Below are positions 33,636 through 44,616 of a DNA stretch of 64,000 nt, piece after piece (within the stretch, counting starts at the first letter, position 1; each line of letters starts with the position of its first letter). The stretch covers positions 320,001-384,000 of the forward strand of contig CAVQBA010000004.1 of assembly GCA_963710605.1 (NCBI GenBank), in the 5' to 3' direction. Source of the DNA: an uncultured cyanobacterium. Lineage in GTDB: Bacteria > Cyanobacteriota > Cyanobacteriia > Cyanobacteriales > Cyanobacteriaceae. Under the pieces are notes generated by a model. That model had not been told where the DNA came from and did not search any database. It saw only the letters and a program-made list of their open reading frames with translations. A program made the position numbers and the translations under genes.

Positions 33636-34873
33636 ATGAATAACGATACCAACTATCAAATATTAATCATTGGTGGTGGTGCGGCAGGAATTACCGTCGC
33701 CTCCCAACTTAAAGACGCTAATTCTCGTTTAAAAGTAGGAATTATCGAGCCATCAACTAAACATTATTATCAACCAGGATGGACATTAGTAGGAGGAGGA
33801 GTTTTTAGTCTCGAGCAAACTACCGAAGATGAAGCAAGTTTGATTCCTTCTGGAGTTAGCTGGATAAAAGATTCGGCAACTAATATCAACCCCGAAGAAA
33901 AACAAGTCACTACCGAAGATGGCACTACTTACGACTACGAATATTTAGTAGTTTGCCCCGGTATCAAAATCGATTGGGACAAAATAAAAGGCTTAAAAGA
34001 GAATTTAGGTAAAAATGGGGTAGTAAGTAATTATACAAAGGAAACTGCCCCTTATACATGGGAAATAATTAATAATTTCCAAGGGGGTACAGCCCTGTTT
34101 ACCTTCCCCGCAGGTGCAATAAAATGTCCTGGTGCACCTCAAAAAATTATGTATTTAGCCGAGGAAGCGTTTGCAAAACAAGGGGTAAGAGACAAAACGA
34201 ATATCATTTATGCTAATGCCACTAAGGCGATGTTTGGTGTACCTGCATATAATCAACCATTAAAAGAAGTTGTCGAGCGTAAAAATATCGATGTTAAATA
34301 TACTCATAATTTAATTGAGATAAAAGGAGAGACAAAAGAAGCGGTTTTTACGATCGGTGAAGGAGAAACAACGACAATTAAATATGATATGATTCATGTT
34401 TCGCCACCGATGACAAGTTATGATTTTGTTAAAAATAGTCCTTTAGCTAACGAAGCAGGTTGGGTTGATGTAGATAAATTTACTTGTCAGCATACTAAAT
34501 ATGCTCATGTTTTTGGTTTAGGAGATTCTTCTAGTTTACCGACTTCTAAAACAGCGGCGGCAATTAGAAAAGAAGCACCTGTAGTAGTTAAAAATATTTT
34601 AGCTTTAATTGAATCAATCAACAACCTAATCATCAATATAATGGTTATGCTTGTTGCCCTTTAATTACTGGATACGGTAAAACCATCATGGCTGAGTTTG
34701 ATTATAGCAAAGAACCTTTACCTAGTTTCCCATTAGACCCAACTCAAGAAAGAAAAAGTATGTGGTTAGTTAAAAAATATGCTTTACCTTGGGTTTATTG
34801 GAATAGAATGCTTAAAGGTAAGTCTTTTGAGCCTGATAGTTGGCGTTTTCTATTGTCTAGTGGTAAAAAGTAG
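33636..34873 (+). CDS. sqr: Sulfide:quinone oxidoreductase (type II-like); frameshift at ~34615
   Basis: IIGGGAAG, YYQPGWTLVGGG, KCPGAPQK, LPTSKTAAA; continues as YNGYACCPLITGYGKTIMAEFDY in the next frame. Confidence 0.88.
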
Positions 34874-34889
34874 TTTTATCAATTAACAC

Positions 34890-35118
34890 AAGCCTTGCAA
34901 TAAATTACAAGGCTAATCGATACCGTTTAATAAATTAAACTAAGTAATGCCACTTAATCAAAGGATAAATAATTTTGGTTTGTAGTGATGGCTTTAGCCA
35001 TTATTTTAAAAGCGTTTTAAACTTTTAAAGGGGTAACTATAAAATGCGTGTTTATTTAATTTAAGCTACTTACAATTTTAGCTTCAAAATTGTCTCACCA
35101 TTATTTTAAATGACTATA
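34890..35118 (+). mobile_element. Family A MITE-like copy with a nested ~130-bp insertion
   Basis: GCCTTGCAATAAATTACAAGGC and core 34924-34941; the right end TTGTCTCA...ACTATA is displaced to ~35090-35118. Confidence 0.6.
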
Positions 35119-35172
35119 AAAATTAATTGATTCGATCGTTTTTAATCTCTCCTCCTTTGCTTTTGAAATGAA

Positions 35173-35195
35173 GGGTGCATGCCATGCACCCCTAC
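35173..35195. repeat. GTAG-type REP hairpin
   Basis: GGGTGCATG CCATGCACCC CTAC. Confidence 0.7.
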
Positions 35196-35328
35196 AAAAA
35201 ATATTCAAATTATTTTGTACACGTACTTACAAAAAATCTTACTTCTTACTCATTATTAATCTATCTGAAGAAAGACTTAATTTTCCAGACGATCGAGATA
35301 AAATATAAAAAATTAGCGGTAAATAATC

Positions 35329-35772
35329 ATGAGCGATTTAGATTCTCAACCAAAACCAGCAGAAGTTACCACCGAAGAAGAAACACCTAAATCAAAGTAT
35401 CCTCTGATTAACGGTGAAAAAATTACCCCTTTTAATTGTTTTAGTGCCAGTGCCATTTCAGCAGTATTAGGATATGCTTCTTATTTATTAACCAAATCAG
35501 TTATTGGTACTTATGCCGAAATACCGATTGATTTTGACAACCCAATGGCGGCAAGAATTGCTTCAACTGTACGTACCTTAATTATGGGTTTGACTGTTTT
35601 AGCTACATTTTTGTTTGCAATGGTGGCAGTTGGTTTAGTCGCTTTAGCAATCAAATTGATTATTGAAAGTAAAAAGACGAATGAATCGATTCGATTAATT
35701 AATTTTAGATTGATAAAATTGTATTTTATTAAAGGTGACAGTTGTTATAATGACCTAATCTTAATTCGTTAA
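35329..35772 (+). CDS. DUF3082-like membrane protein
   Basis: ARIASTVRTLIMGLTVLATFLFAMVAVGL motif; two TM helices. Confidence 0.7.
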   Translation: MSDLDSQPKPAEVTTEEETPKSKYPLINGEKITPFNCFSASAISAVLGYASYLLTKSVIGTYAEIPIDFDNPMAARIASTVRTLIMGLTVLATFLFAMVAVGLVALAIKLIIESKKTNESIRLINFRLIKLYFIKGDSCYNDLILIR

Positions 35773-35794
35773 TAGCGATAAAACATACTCACTT

Positions 35795-37594
35795 ATGACT
35801 ATTTTAGATGTACGTGATTTACAAGTAGTATTTCTCAACGACGAAGCACAACCAAAATTAATTGCAGTTGATCAAGTAAACTTGCAATTACAAAAAGGAG
35901 AAATACTCGGTATTGTCGGCGAATCAGGCTCAGGTAAATCCGTGACATCTTTAGCTATCATGGGTTTACTACCGTCAGCGGGAAGAATTACTAACGGTCA
36001 AATTTTATTTACCGACGAATCAACATCATCTCCAGTTGATTTAGTTAGTTTAGCCAAAGAAGAAAAAAGAGCATACCGAGGCGGGAAGATTGCGATGATT
36101 TTTCAAGAGCCAATGAGTTCTCTTAATCCTGTTTATAATATCGGTTTTCAAATAACTGAAGCAATACTTCTACATCAAAATATTAGCAAAAGTCAAGCTC
36201 AACAACAAGCCATTAGTTTATTACAAGAAGTTCAACTATTGCCTAGCGATGAACAAATAACTCAAGAATTTATTAACCAGCAAAACACACAGGGTATTAA
36301 GCTCAAAGAAACTCAAGCATATCTTCAGCAAAGAAAAACGGCGATACTCAAACGTTACCCCCATCAACTCAGTGGCGGACAATTACAAAGGGTAATGATT
36401 GCGATCGCAATTTCTTGTCAACCAAGTCTATTAATTGCTGATGAACCGACTACGGCACTCGATGTTACAGTTCAAGCTACTATTTTAGAGCTATTAAAGG
36501 ACTTATGTCAACGTCGGCAAATGTCGATGATTTTTATTACTCACGATTTGTCGGTAGTTGCTAATTTAGCCGATCGATTAGTAGTAATGTATCAAGGTAA
36601 AATAGTCGAATCAGCAAGCACAAAAGAGTTATTATTTTCTCCTCAACAAGCCTACACCAAAGGATTACTAGCTTGTCGCCCTCGTTTAGAAGAAACACGT
36701 GAATATTTACCGACAGTTGCTGATTTTTTAGAAAATCAAGATAATCCACCAAAAAATAGTCCCAATTTAAACAAAGATATTCGCTTCAATCAATCTTTAC
36801 TAACTGTTGATAACTTACAAGTAGGCTTCCCCAAAACTAAATCATTACCTTGGCAAACACCGGAATATTTTTGGGCAGTTAACGATGTTAGTTTTAAATT
36901 ATTTGGTGGTGAAACACTTGGTTTAGTAGGCGAATCAGGTTGTGGTAAATCAACTTTAGCTAGGACAATTCTGCGGCTGATTCCTGCTCATTCAGGCTCG
37001 ATCGAATTTTTAGGTGAAGATTTAACCTTATTACCCGTGCGAAATAAACGTCTGCGTCAATTACGTCGTGAGATGCAAATCATTTTTCAAAATCCTTACA
37101 ACTCCCTTAATCCTCGTATGAGTATTGGTAAAATAATTCTTGAGCCAATGACAATTCATAAAGTAGGTGGTAATTCAACTAAAAGAATTGAGAGAGTAAA
37201 TTATTTATTAGAAAGAGTAGGTTTAAATCCTGATTGGTATAACCGCTATCCGCATCAACTTTCAGGCGGGCAAAGACAAAGAGTTTGTATCGCTAGGGCA
37301 TTAGCTTTAAATCCGCAATTAATTATTTGTGATGAATCCGTCTCGGCTTTAGATGTCTCGATTCAAGCCCAAGTATTAAACTTGCTCAAAGAATTACAAG
37401 CTGAATTTGGTTTGACTTATATTTTTATTTCTCATGATTTGAGTGTCGTTAAATTTATGAGCGATCGAATTATGGTAATGAACAAAGGTAAAATAGAAGA
37501 GATGTCCACTGCACAACAAATAATTTATAATCCACAACGAGAATATACTAAGCAACTAATCGCTTCTATTCCTGAGTTTCCTAAAGTAGCATGA
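35795..37594 (+). CDS. Peptide/nickel-type ABC transporter ATPase with two fused NBDs
   Basis: GESGSGKS and GESGCGKS, two YPHQLSGGQ, DEPTTALD. Confidence 0.93.
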   Translation: MTILDVRDLQVVFLNDEAQPKLIAVDQVNLQLQKGEILGIVGESGSGKSVTSLAIMGLLPSAGRITNGQILFTDESTSSPVDLVSLAKEEKRAYRGGKIAMIFQEPMSSLNPVYNIGFQITEAILLHQNISKSQAQQQAISLLQEVQLLPSDEQITQEFINQQNTQGIKLKETQAYLQQRKTAILKRYPHQLSGGQLQRVMIAIAISCQPSLLIADEPTTALDVTVQATILELLKDLCQRRQMSMIFITHDLSVVANLADRLVVMYQGKIVESASTKELLFSPQQAYTKGLLACRPRLEETREYLPTVADFLENQDNPPKNSPNLNKDIRFNQSLLTVDNLQVGFPKTKSLPWQTPEYFWAVNDVSFKLFGGETLGLVGESGCGKSTLARTILRLIPAHSGSIEFLGEDLTLLPVRNKRLRQLRREMQIIFQNPYNSLNPRMSIGKIILEPMTIHKVGGNSTKRIERVNYLLERVGLNPDWYNRYPHQLSGGQRQRVCIARALALNPQLIICDESVSALDVSIQAQVLNLLKELQAEFGLTYIFISHDLSVVKFMSDRIMVMNKGKIEEMSTAQQIIYNPQREYTKQLIASIPEFPKVA

Positions 37595-38017
37595 TGATTT
37601 ATCGGTATAGTAACAAACGGATTATTTACCAGTAATGAGTAACCAGTAATACCTCTTGGCTTCAGAAGAAAATTAAAGCTCAAAAAAATGTGAGTGTTTC
37701 TTCTCGTCTTCAAAGGCGAGGTTTGATAACAATTTCAGGCTTTAACTAATTACTTATTACTTATTAACCCTTGAATGAAAAAGAATTAAAGGGGATAAAA
37801 ATATCCTAATCTCTTCATTTTCGGCGATAGCTTTAATTTTTGACTTTTCTCAAAAAAACGACGTAACTACTAATTATAAAAAAACGATCGTTTATCTTCA
37901 ATTTTTAAAACAAAAATAACTTTCAAGATTGAACTTTCTAGTCTGAGTGATTAACTATTGTCCAAATTAATCTATACTTTAAGATAGGAAAACAATGTTT
38001 TATAACCTATAATAAAG

Positions 38018-38971
38018 TTGTCATCTAGATTATCGATTTGTATATTTATTGATTCTACACCAACAGTCCACTTACTGACGAAATTACTCAGTGGGCAGGA
38101 ATATCAATTGCATATTATAAAAACCGCTACAGAATTAAGTAAATTTGCATTTGATAATAAAGAAGAATTAGATTGTTTAATCCTTAGTGATCATCAAGAA
38201 AGTTTAGACCTCATCAGACAGTTTGAAGTAGAAGGATTAATCTTACCCGCAGTTATTTTATCTCAGCAACAAAATTTAATCCACTCAAAAGATTTAGAGT
38301 CAGCAAGCAATACACAGACAAATCTAGACATTATTCAAAATAATAAAACGATCGAATTATCACCGCCATCAGAAATATATTATCATTCAGCTGAGATTTT
38401 AATTTCTATCAATCAACTAGAAAATATTCAACAATTTATTAGACAATCCATCTCCCAATATTTATCATTAGCACCAAGTTGTTCGTTAAGTGAGAATCAA
38501 ACTTTTTATAGTAATAATGTTCAAAAAATAAAAGCCAAACAACAATTTTTACTATTACAACAAAAAAGACTAGCTGATAAATTCAAAGAAAGATTCGGTT
38601 ATTTTGGCATATATTACAAGCGTAATGCTAATTATTTTCATCGAAATATGATAGTAACTGAGCAAGAAGAATTAATTACACAACTGAGTTTAGAATACAA
38701 AGAAATTATTCTAAATTATTTCAACGAAGAAAGTAAAGTAAACGAACAAATAGATAACTTTGTTAACCAGGTATTTTTCGCTGATATCTCAGTTTCACAA
38801 ATATTAGAAATTCATATGGAGTTAATGGATGAATTTGCTCAACAGTTAAAATTAGAGGGTAGAAGTGAGGATATCTTGATTGATTATCGCTTAGCGTTGA
38901 TCGATATAATTTCTCATTTATGTGAAATGTATCGTCGCTCGATACCCCAAGAAGATATTTCAGTTGATTAA
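38018..38971 (+). CDS. kaiA: Circadian clock protein KaiA
   Basis: ILEIHMELMDEF, LKLEGRSEDILIDYRL, HLCEMYRRSIP; TTG start. Confidence 0.95.
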   Translation: MSSRLSICIFIDSTPTVHLLTKLLSGQEYQLHIIKTATELSKFAFDNKEELDCLILSDHQESLDLIRQFEVEGLILPAVILSQQQNLIHSKDLESASNTQTNLDIIQNNKTIELSPPSEIYYHSAEILISINQLENIQQFIRQSISQYLSLAPSCSLSENQTFYSNNVQKIKAKQQFLLLQQKRLADKFKERFGYFGIYYKRNANYFHRNMIVTEQEELITQLSLEYKEIILNYFNEESKVNEQIDNFVNQVFFADISVSQILEIHMELMDEFAQQLKLEGRSEDILIDYRLALIDIISHLCEMYRRSIPQEDISVD

Positions 38972-39044
38972 ATATCATAACTTATACCAAATTTGAACAT
39001 ACCCGAATTTTTAAGATAATCTAAAATCAAGATAAATCAAAGAT

Positions 39045-39353
39045 ATGAGCCCTTTAAGAAAAACCTATGTACTGAAGCTCTATGTAGCAGGAAACACGCC
39101 TAATTCTGTACGAGCTTTAAAAACATTAAAAGATGTTTTAGAAGACGAATTTAAAGGCGTTTATGCTCTTAAAGTAATTGATGTTTTAAAAAATCCGCAA
39201 CTAGCAGAAGAAGATAAAATTTTGGCAACTCCGACTTTATCTAAAGTTTTACCTCCTCCTGTACGCAAAATTATTGGTGATTTAAGCGATCGAGAAAAAG
39301 TTTTAATTGGTTTAGATTTATTATATGAAGAAATGAGCCAGAGAAATTATTAA
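39045..39353 (+). CDS. kaiB: Circadian clock protein KaiB
   Basis: [40 protein letters not shown]. Confidence 0.98.
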   Translation: MSPLRKTYVLKLYVAGNTPNSVRALKTLKDVLEDEFKGVYALKVIDVLKNPQLAEEDKILATPTLSKVLPPPVRKIIGDLSDREKVLIGLDLLYEEMSQRNY

Positions 39354-39457
39354 GCCCTTAATACCTTAAAATAAACCCAGCATATAACTAAAAGCATAAT
39401 TTAAATTTACTATTTATCTTTAATTAATATTTATTAAAAACAATCATATTTATCAAT

Positions 39458-41002
39458 ATGAGTAAAACCAAAAAACAACAACTAAGAAATAAAGGTGTAA
39501 AGAAAAATCGCACCATGATCGAAGGATTTGACGAAATTAGTCATGGTGGTTTACCTATTGGTAGAACAACACTTATTAGCGGTACATCAGGAACAGGAAA
39601 GACATTATTTGCCACTCAATTTCTTTATCACGGTATTACTTATTTTGACTACCCTGGTTTATTAATTACCTTTGAAGAATCCCCTGAAGATATTATTCAA
39701 AACGCTTATAGTTTTGGTTGGGATTTAGAAAAACTGATCACTGAAGGTAAACTATTTATTTTAGACGCATCTCCCGATCCAGAAGGGCAAGAAGTCGTGG
39801 GGAATTTTGATCTTTCAGCTTTGATTGAAAGAATACAATACGCCATTAAAAAATATCAAGCTAAGTTTGTCTCGATCGATTCTGTTACGGCTGTATTCCA
39901 ACAATATGATGCCGCCTCAGTAGTTAGAAGAGAAATATTTCGTTTGATAGCACGACTAAAAATACTGGGTGTAACCTCAGTGATGACAACCGAGCGTGTG
40001 GACGAATATGGAGGTGTAGCCCGTTTTGGGGTAGAAGAGTTTGTCTCCGATAACGTCGTAATTATGCGTAACGTATTAGAAGGAGAAAGACGACGGCGAA
40101 CAATTGAAATTCTTAAACTCAGAGGTACAACTCATATGAAAGGAGAATATCCTTTTACAGTTACCAATGATGGAATCAACATCTTTCCTTTGGGTGCAAT
40201 GCAACTGACTCAACGCTCATCAAATACTCGTATTTCCTCAGGAGTAGAAACTCTAGACAAAATGTGTGGGGGTGGTTTTTTCAGAGATTCGATTATTTTA
40301 ACAACAGGTGCAACAGGTACAGGCAAAACCTTATTAGTCAGTAAATTTTTACAAGAAGGTTGCAGTAAAGGGGAAAAAGCGATTTTATTTGCCTATGAAG
40401 AATCAAGGGCTCAATTATCTCGTAATGCTTCTTCTTGGGGAGTTGATTTTGAGGAAATGGAAAAAAAAGGATTATTAAAATTACTTTGCTCTTATCCCGA
40501 ATCCGCTGGTTTAGAAGATCATTTACAAATGATTAAATCTGAAATTGCCGAGTTTAAACCGACTCGAATTGCGATCGATTCTTTATCCGCATTAGCTAGA
40601 GGCGTAAGTAATAACGCTTTCCGTCAATTTGTGATTGGAGTAACCGGTTATGCCAAACAAGAAGAAATTACAGGTTTTTTTACTAATACCACCGATCGAT
40701 TTATGGGGGGAAATTCAATTACTGAATCTCATATTTCGACAATTACCGACACAATTATCATGTTACAGTATGTAGAAATTAAAGGGGAAATGTCAAGAGC
40801 TTTAAATGTATTTAAAATGCGTGGCTCGTGGCATGATAAAGGTATTAGAGAATATATTATTAATGAAGATGGCCCTCAAATTAAAGACTCTTTCCGTAAC
40901 TACGAAGGAATTATTAGTGGTTCTCCTACTAGAATAACTATTGATGAAAAAAACGATCTATCTCGTATCGTCAAAAACGTCAAAGGTAAATCACCTGAAT
41001 AA
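39458..41002 (+). CDS. kaiC: Circadian clock protein KaiC
   Basis: GTSGTGKT and GATGTGKT Walker A motifs; SHISTITDT phosphosites. Confidence 0.98.
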   Translation: MSKTKKQQLRNKGVKKNRTMIEGFDEISHGGLPIGRTTLISGTSGTGKTLFATQFLYHGITYFDYPGLLITFEESPEDIIQNAYSFGWDLEKLITEGKLFILDASPDPEGQEVVGNFDLSALIERIQYAIKKYQAKFVSIDSVTAVFQQYDAASVVRREIFRLIARLKILGVTSVMTTERVDEYGGVARFGVEEFVSDNVVIMRNVLEGERRRRTIEILKLRGTTHMKGEYPFTVTNDGINIFPLGAMQLTQRSSNTRISSGVETLDKMCGGGFFRDSIILTTGATGTGKTLLVSKFLQEGCSKGEKAILFAYEESRAQLSRNASSWGVDFEEMEKKGLLKLLCSYPESAGLEDHLQMIKSEIAEFKPTRIAIDSLSALARGVSNNAFRQFVIGVTGYAKQEEITGFFTNTTDRFMGGNSITESHISTITDTIIMLQYVEIKGEMSRALNVFKMRGSWHDKGIREYIINEDGPQIKDSFRNYEGIISGSPTRITIDEKNDLSRIVKNVKGKSPE

Positions 41003-41112
41003 TTGACAATTGACAATTGACAATTGACAATTGAGAGAGAGCCAGAATTAATTGTTGGCTATTAACTCTTAACCTTTAACTCTTAACTTTTAACTCTTAA
41101 CTTTTAACTCTT
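41001..41112. repeat. Heptamer arrays: (AATTGAC)x4 at the kaiC stop and (TTAACYY)n abutting the argJ ATG
   Basis: Read directly from the sequence. Confidence 0.9.
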
Positions 41113-42354
41113 ATGTCTGATTGGCAACAAATAGAAGGGGGAGTAACAGCCCCTAAAGGTTTCAAATCTTCAGGTATCACCGCCGGGCTAAAACCCTCTA
41201 ATGCACCTGACTTGGCTCTAATTTGGTCAGAAACAGAAGCGATCGCCGCTGGGGTATTTACCCTTTCTTGTGTGCGGGCGGCTTGTGTCGATTATTGTCG
41301 GCAAACATTACAAAAAAAAGCCAGTGCTAAAGCGATATTATGTAACGCAGGGCAAGCAAATGCGGCAACAGGAGAACAAGGTTGGGAAGATGTTTATACT
41401 ACTGCCAATGCCTTAGCTGAAGAATTGAGAATCGAACCCTCTGCGGTTTTACTTGCTTCAACAGGAGTTATTGGGCAAAGAATAAAAATGGATAAACTCG
41501 TCGCCGCCATTCCTCAACTAGTATCTGAATTATCAGACAAAGGAGGAGAAGCCACCGCTAAAGCGATCGTTACCACCGATTTAGTAACCAAATCGATCGC
41601 CTTAGAAACCATCATAGACGATCGTCCTGTGCGTATAGGCGGTATTTCTAAAGGTTCAGGGATGATTCACCCGAATATGGCAACCATGCTTAGTTTTGTT
41701 ACTTGTGATGCGGCTGTTTCGACTCAGTTATGGCAAGAAATGTTAAAACGAGCGGCGGATAAAAGTTTTAATCAAATTACTGTTGATGGCGATACCAGCA
41801 CTAATGATACTTTAATAGCTTTAGCTAACGGACAATCTCGCACTCGAGCAATTACCAAAATGGATGCTAATGGTCAAAAGTTAGAAGCGATGTTAACTGA
41901 AGTATGTCAGTATTTAGCTAAAGCGATCGCCCGTGATGGCGAAGGTGCAACTTGTTTAATTGAAGTGGAAGTGACAGGGGCAAATAATCAAGCTGATGCT
42001 AATAAAATTGCGAAAACGATCGTTGGCTCATCTTTAGTTAAATCAGCTATCTTCGGACATGATCCCAATTGGGGGAGAATAGCAGGTGCGGCAGGGCGTG
42101 CAGGGGTTAAATTTAAACAAGAAGAGTTACGTATCCAATTAGGTGATATTTTACTAATGGACAACGGGCAACCCCAACAATTCGATCGACAAGCGGCTAG
42201 TGATTATCTAACTACAGCCACTCAAGGGGAATATCTCAAAACCGATACCGTTAACATAAAAGTTTCTGTTGGCAATGGGGAAGGTACGGGTAAGGCTTGG
42301 GGTTGTGATTTAAGCTACGATTACGTCAAAATTAATGCTGAATACACTACTTAA
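41113..42354 (+). CDS. argJ: Bifunctional ornithine acetyltransferase/N-acetylglutamate synthase
   Basis: KGSGMIHPNMATML, DGDTSTND, DGEGAT, INAEYTT. Confidence 0.97.
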   Translation: MSDWQQIEGGVTAPKGFKSSGITAGLKPSNAPDLALIWSETEAIAAGVFTLSCVRAACVDYCRQTLQKKASAKAILCNAGQANAATGEQGWEDVYTTANALAEELRIEPSAVLLASTGVIGQRIKMDKLVAAIPQLVSELSDKGGEATAKAIVTTDLVTKSIALETIIDDRPVRIGGISKGSGMIHPNMATMLSFVTCDAAVSTQLWQEMLKRAADKSFNQITVDGDTSTNDTLIALANGQSRTRAITKMDANGQKLEAMLTEVCQYLAKAIARDGEGATCLIEVEVTGANNQADANKIAKTIVGSSLVKSAIFGHDPNWGRIAGAAGRAGVKFKQEELRIQLGDILLMDNGQPQQFDRQAASDYLTTATQGEYLKTDTVNIKVSVGNGEGTGKAWGCDLSYDYVKINAEYTT

Positions 42355-42389
42355 ATTGATCTAGACAAAGAAAAAGTTATATAAACGTG

Positions 42390-42418
42390 GTAGGGACGTA
42401 GCACTGCTACGTCCCTAC
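42390..42418. repeat. GTAG-type REP palindrome
   Basis: GTAGGGACGTAGCA C TGCTACGTCCCTAC. Confidence 0.85.
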
Positions 42419-42497
42419 ATCTTGTACGATCAGTTTTTATTTGAAACTACTATAACTATAACTATTGCTATCAACTATTAACTATCAACTATTAAGC

Positions 42498-43379
42498 ATG
42501 AATCACCAATTAGCATTCTTAGGTTTGGGAGTCATGGGTGCACCAATGACTAAAAATTTGTTTGACGCAGGTTGTTCTATCAAAGCTTGGAATCGAACCA
42601 AAGATAGTCCACTTGTTACCAACTTACAACAAAATTCAGCAGTAACGATCGTTTCTACTATTAAAGAAGCCGTAGAATCTGCCGAGATTATTTTTACCTG
42701 TTTATCCGATGTACCCGATGTTGAAGAAGTACTTTTATCAGAAACAGGAGCAATACAATATATTCAACCTCAAACATTAATTGTCGATTTTAGCACGATC
42801 GGTAGTCAAGCCGCTCAACGTATTGCCAAACAATTAGCTAAAAAACAAATTCATTTTGTTGATGCCCCCGTCTCAGGTGGAGATATTGGTGCAATAAAAG
42901 GTACATTAACCATCATGGCAGGAGGTAGCGTTACTGATTTTGCTTTATGCGAACCTTATCTTAAAATAGTTGGCAAAAATATTACTCATTGTGGAGAAGT
43001 AGGTAGCGGGCAAGCCGTCAAATTATGTAATCAGGTTTTAGGTAGCTTACACATGGTGGCTTTATGTGAAGCAATGCAATTAGCCGAAAAACAAGGAATC
43101 GATCGTAATCTTATTGTAGAAGTTTGTGGTACGGGTGCGGCTGGTTCGTGGGCATTAACTAATCTTGGTAAGAAGGTAATCGAGGGCGATTATGAACCGG
43201 GTTTTATGATTAAACACATTCTCAAGGATTTACGTTTAGTAGAAGAAGTATTAAACAAAGATGATGTTTTACCAGGTACTGAATTAGCGAAAAAAATGTT
43301 TCAAACAGCCGCCGATTTAAACGATGGTGAAGGTTATACTCAAGGCACACAAGCAATGATTAAAAGCTACGACAAATAA
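42498..43379 (+). CDS. NAD(P)-dependent 3-hydroxyisobutyrate dehydrogenase / tartronate semialdehyde reductase family
   Basis: FLGLGVMGAPM, DAPVSGG, GQAVKLCNQ, LKDL. Confidence 0.9.
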   Translation: MNHQLAFLGLGVMGAPMTKNLFDAGCSIKAWNRTKDSPLVTNLQQNSAVTIVSTIKEAVESAEIIFTCLSDVPDVEEVLLSETGAIQYIQPQTLIVDFSTIGSQAAQRIAKQLAKKQIHFVDAPVSGGDIGAIKGTLTIMAGGSVTDFALCEPYLKIVGKNITHCGEVGSGQAVKLCNQVLGSLHMVALCEAMQLAEKQGIDRNLIVEVCGTGAAGSWALTNLGKKVIEGDYEPGFMIKHILKDLRLVEEVLNKDDVLPGTELAKKMFQTAADLNDGEGYTQGTQAMIKSYDK

Positions 43380-43410
43380 TGGAGAATGGAGAATGGAGAA
43401 TAAAGAATTG

Positions 43411-43573
43411 AGAGTTATTTCACATAAAAATGAGACAATTTGTTATTTTTAATTTTAGTTTAATTTATTAAACGCTCTTTGTGTTAGCGATGACAATGGT
43501 AATTCAAGGTGGGTTTTATACTCAAATTTTACCGATCGTTATTTATGTTTTAGTCTAAATTTAAATGACGATA
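43411..43573 (-). mobile_element. Family A MITE-like copy (reverse orientation)
   Basis: AAAAATGAGACA end and core AGTTTAATTTATTAAACG at 43457-43474. Confidence 0.65.
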
Positions 43574-43645
43574 ATTTACAATCAATTCTTCAATATTTTA
43601 CAAATTAGCTCTTAACATTAAACCATTGCTGATGGGTAAAGCTAT

Positions 43646-44512
43646 TTATTTTTGTGCAATCAGTGTTGCAAACTTTCCTTGATAGGGTAATCCCTGTTCA
43701 TCCATTCGCCCGAACGTACCCAACTCTTCTTTATATTTATGAATTTTCCATAAATTATAATAGTTCTTAAGTTCATTTTCGGCAAAGGTAAAAGGAAAAT
43801 CAATCGGACAAGGACAATCATTTGTCGAGACAGGAGCAACAATTAAATTATATCCCCCAGATAAGGTTTGTTCTTGCATATTTTGTATCACCGAACTAAC
43901 AGATACAGGTTGTAAAAACTGAAAAACTACGGTAGAAATAATCAAATCGTAATGATTCACGATCGATGCACTCTGGATATCGTATATTTTGGCATTAATA
44001 CCTTTACATTCTTCTTCGGTATCAATAATTTCTTGAAGTTTGCTAATAGCTGTTTCCGATTTATCCAAAGCTGTGACAGAAAAACCCCTTGTTTGAAGTA
44101 AGATACTATTACGACCTCGACCACTTCCTAAATCCAAGGCATTTCCCGATTGAATATATTTTAAAATCTCAATTACCTCTGAATGGGGCGCCCAAAGATG
44201 ATATTTCTTTTGATAGTAATCTTCTTGAAGACAATAAAATTCGATAAAACAACGTAAATTATCTCCTAAAGGCTCAACCTTATGCCACACTTGAGGCTCA
44301 ATTAATGGTGGTGGATTTTCTCTAGAATAGACATGAGTCGATCGTATATCACCATTTTCATCTAAACCATAATACTTCAACTCTCCTTCTAAGATTGTCA
44401 GTTTCGCCCAAGTCCCTTGCTGTGTATTATGTTTGTTTTGAAAAGACTGTGGTAAAGTATCTTTTGTCCAAACAGGTAATGTCTGATATTTGACTAATTT
44501 ATTATCTATCAT
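43646..44512 (-). CDS. tehB: Tellurite-resistance methyltransferase TehB with N-terminal DUF1971 cupin domain
   Basis: HNTQQGTWAKLTILEG, PQVWHKVEP, HSEV, LDLGSGRGRNS, GGYNLIV, FATLIAQK. Confidence 0.88.
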   Translation of the reverse strand: MIDNKLVKYQTLPVWTKDTLPQSFQNKHNTQQGTWAKLTILEGELKYYGLDENGDIRSTHVYSRENPPPLIEPQVWHKVEPLGDNLRCFIEFYCLQEDYYQKKYHLWAPHSEVIEILKYIQSGNALDLGSGRGRNSILLQTRGFSVTALDKSETAISKLQEIIDTEEECKGINAKIYDIQSASIVNHYDLIISTVVFQFLQPVSVSSVIQNMQEQTLSGGYNLIVAPVSTNDCPCPIDFPFTFAENELKNYYNLWKIHKYKEELGTFGRMDEQGLPYQGKFATLIAQK

Positions 44513-44616
44513 CTTTTTTTGTGTTTCGAGCTACTTTGTTTCTTAGTTACCTTAACACGCAGGTTTACTCCAACTCCATTCAGTAGCGAGTTAGTTTTAC
44601 TCCAATAATTATTTAT

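Noticed and set aside
38018..41002. kaiABC as a novel system
   Set aside because: Canonical clock cluster with standard motifs
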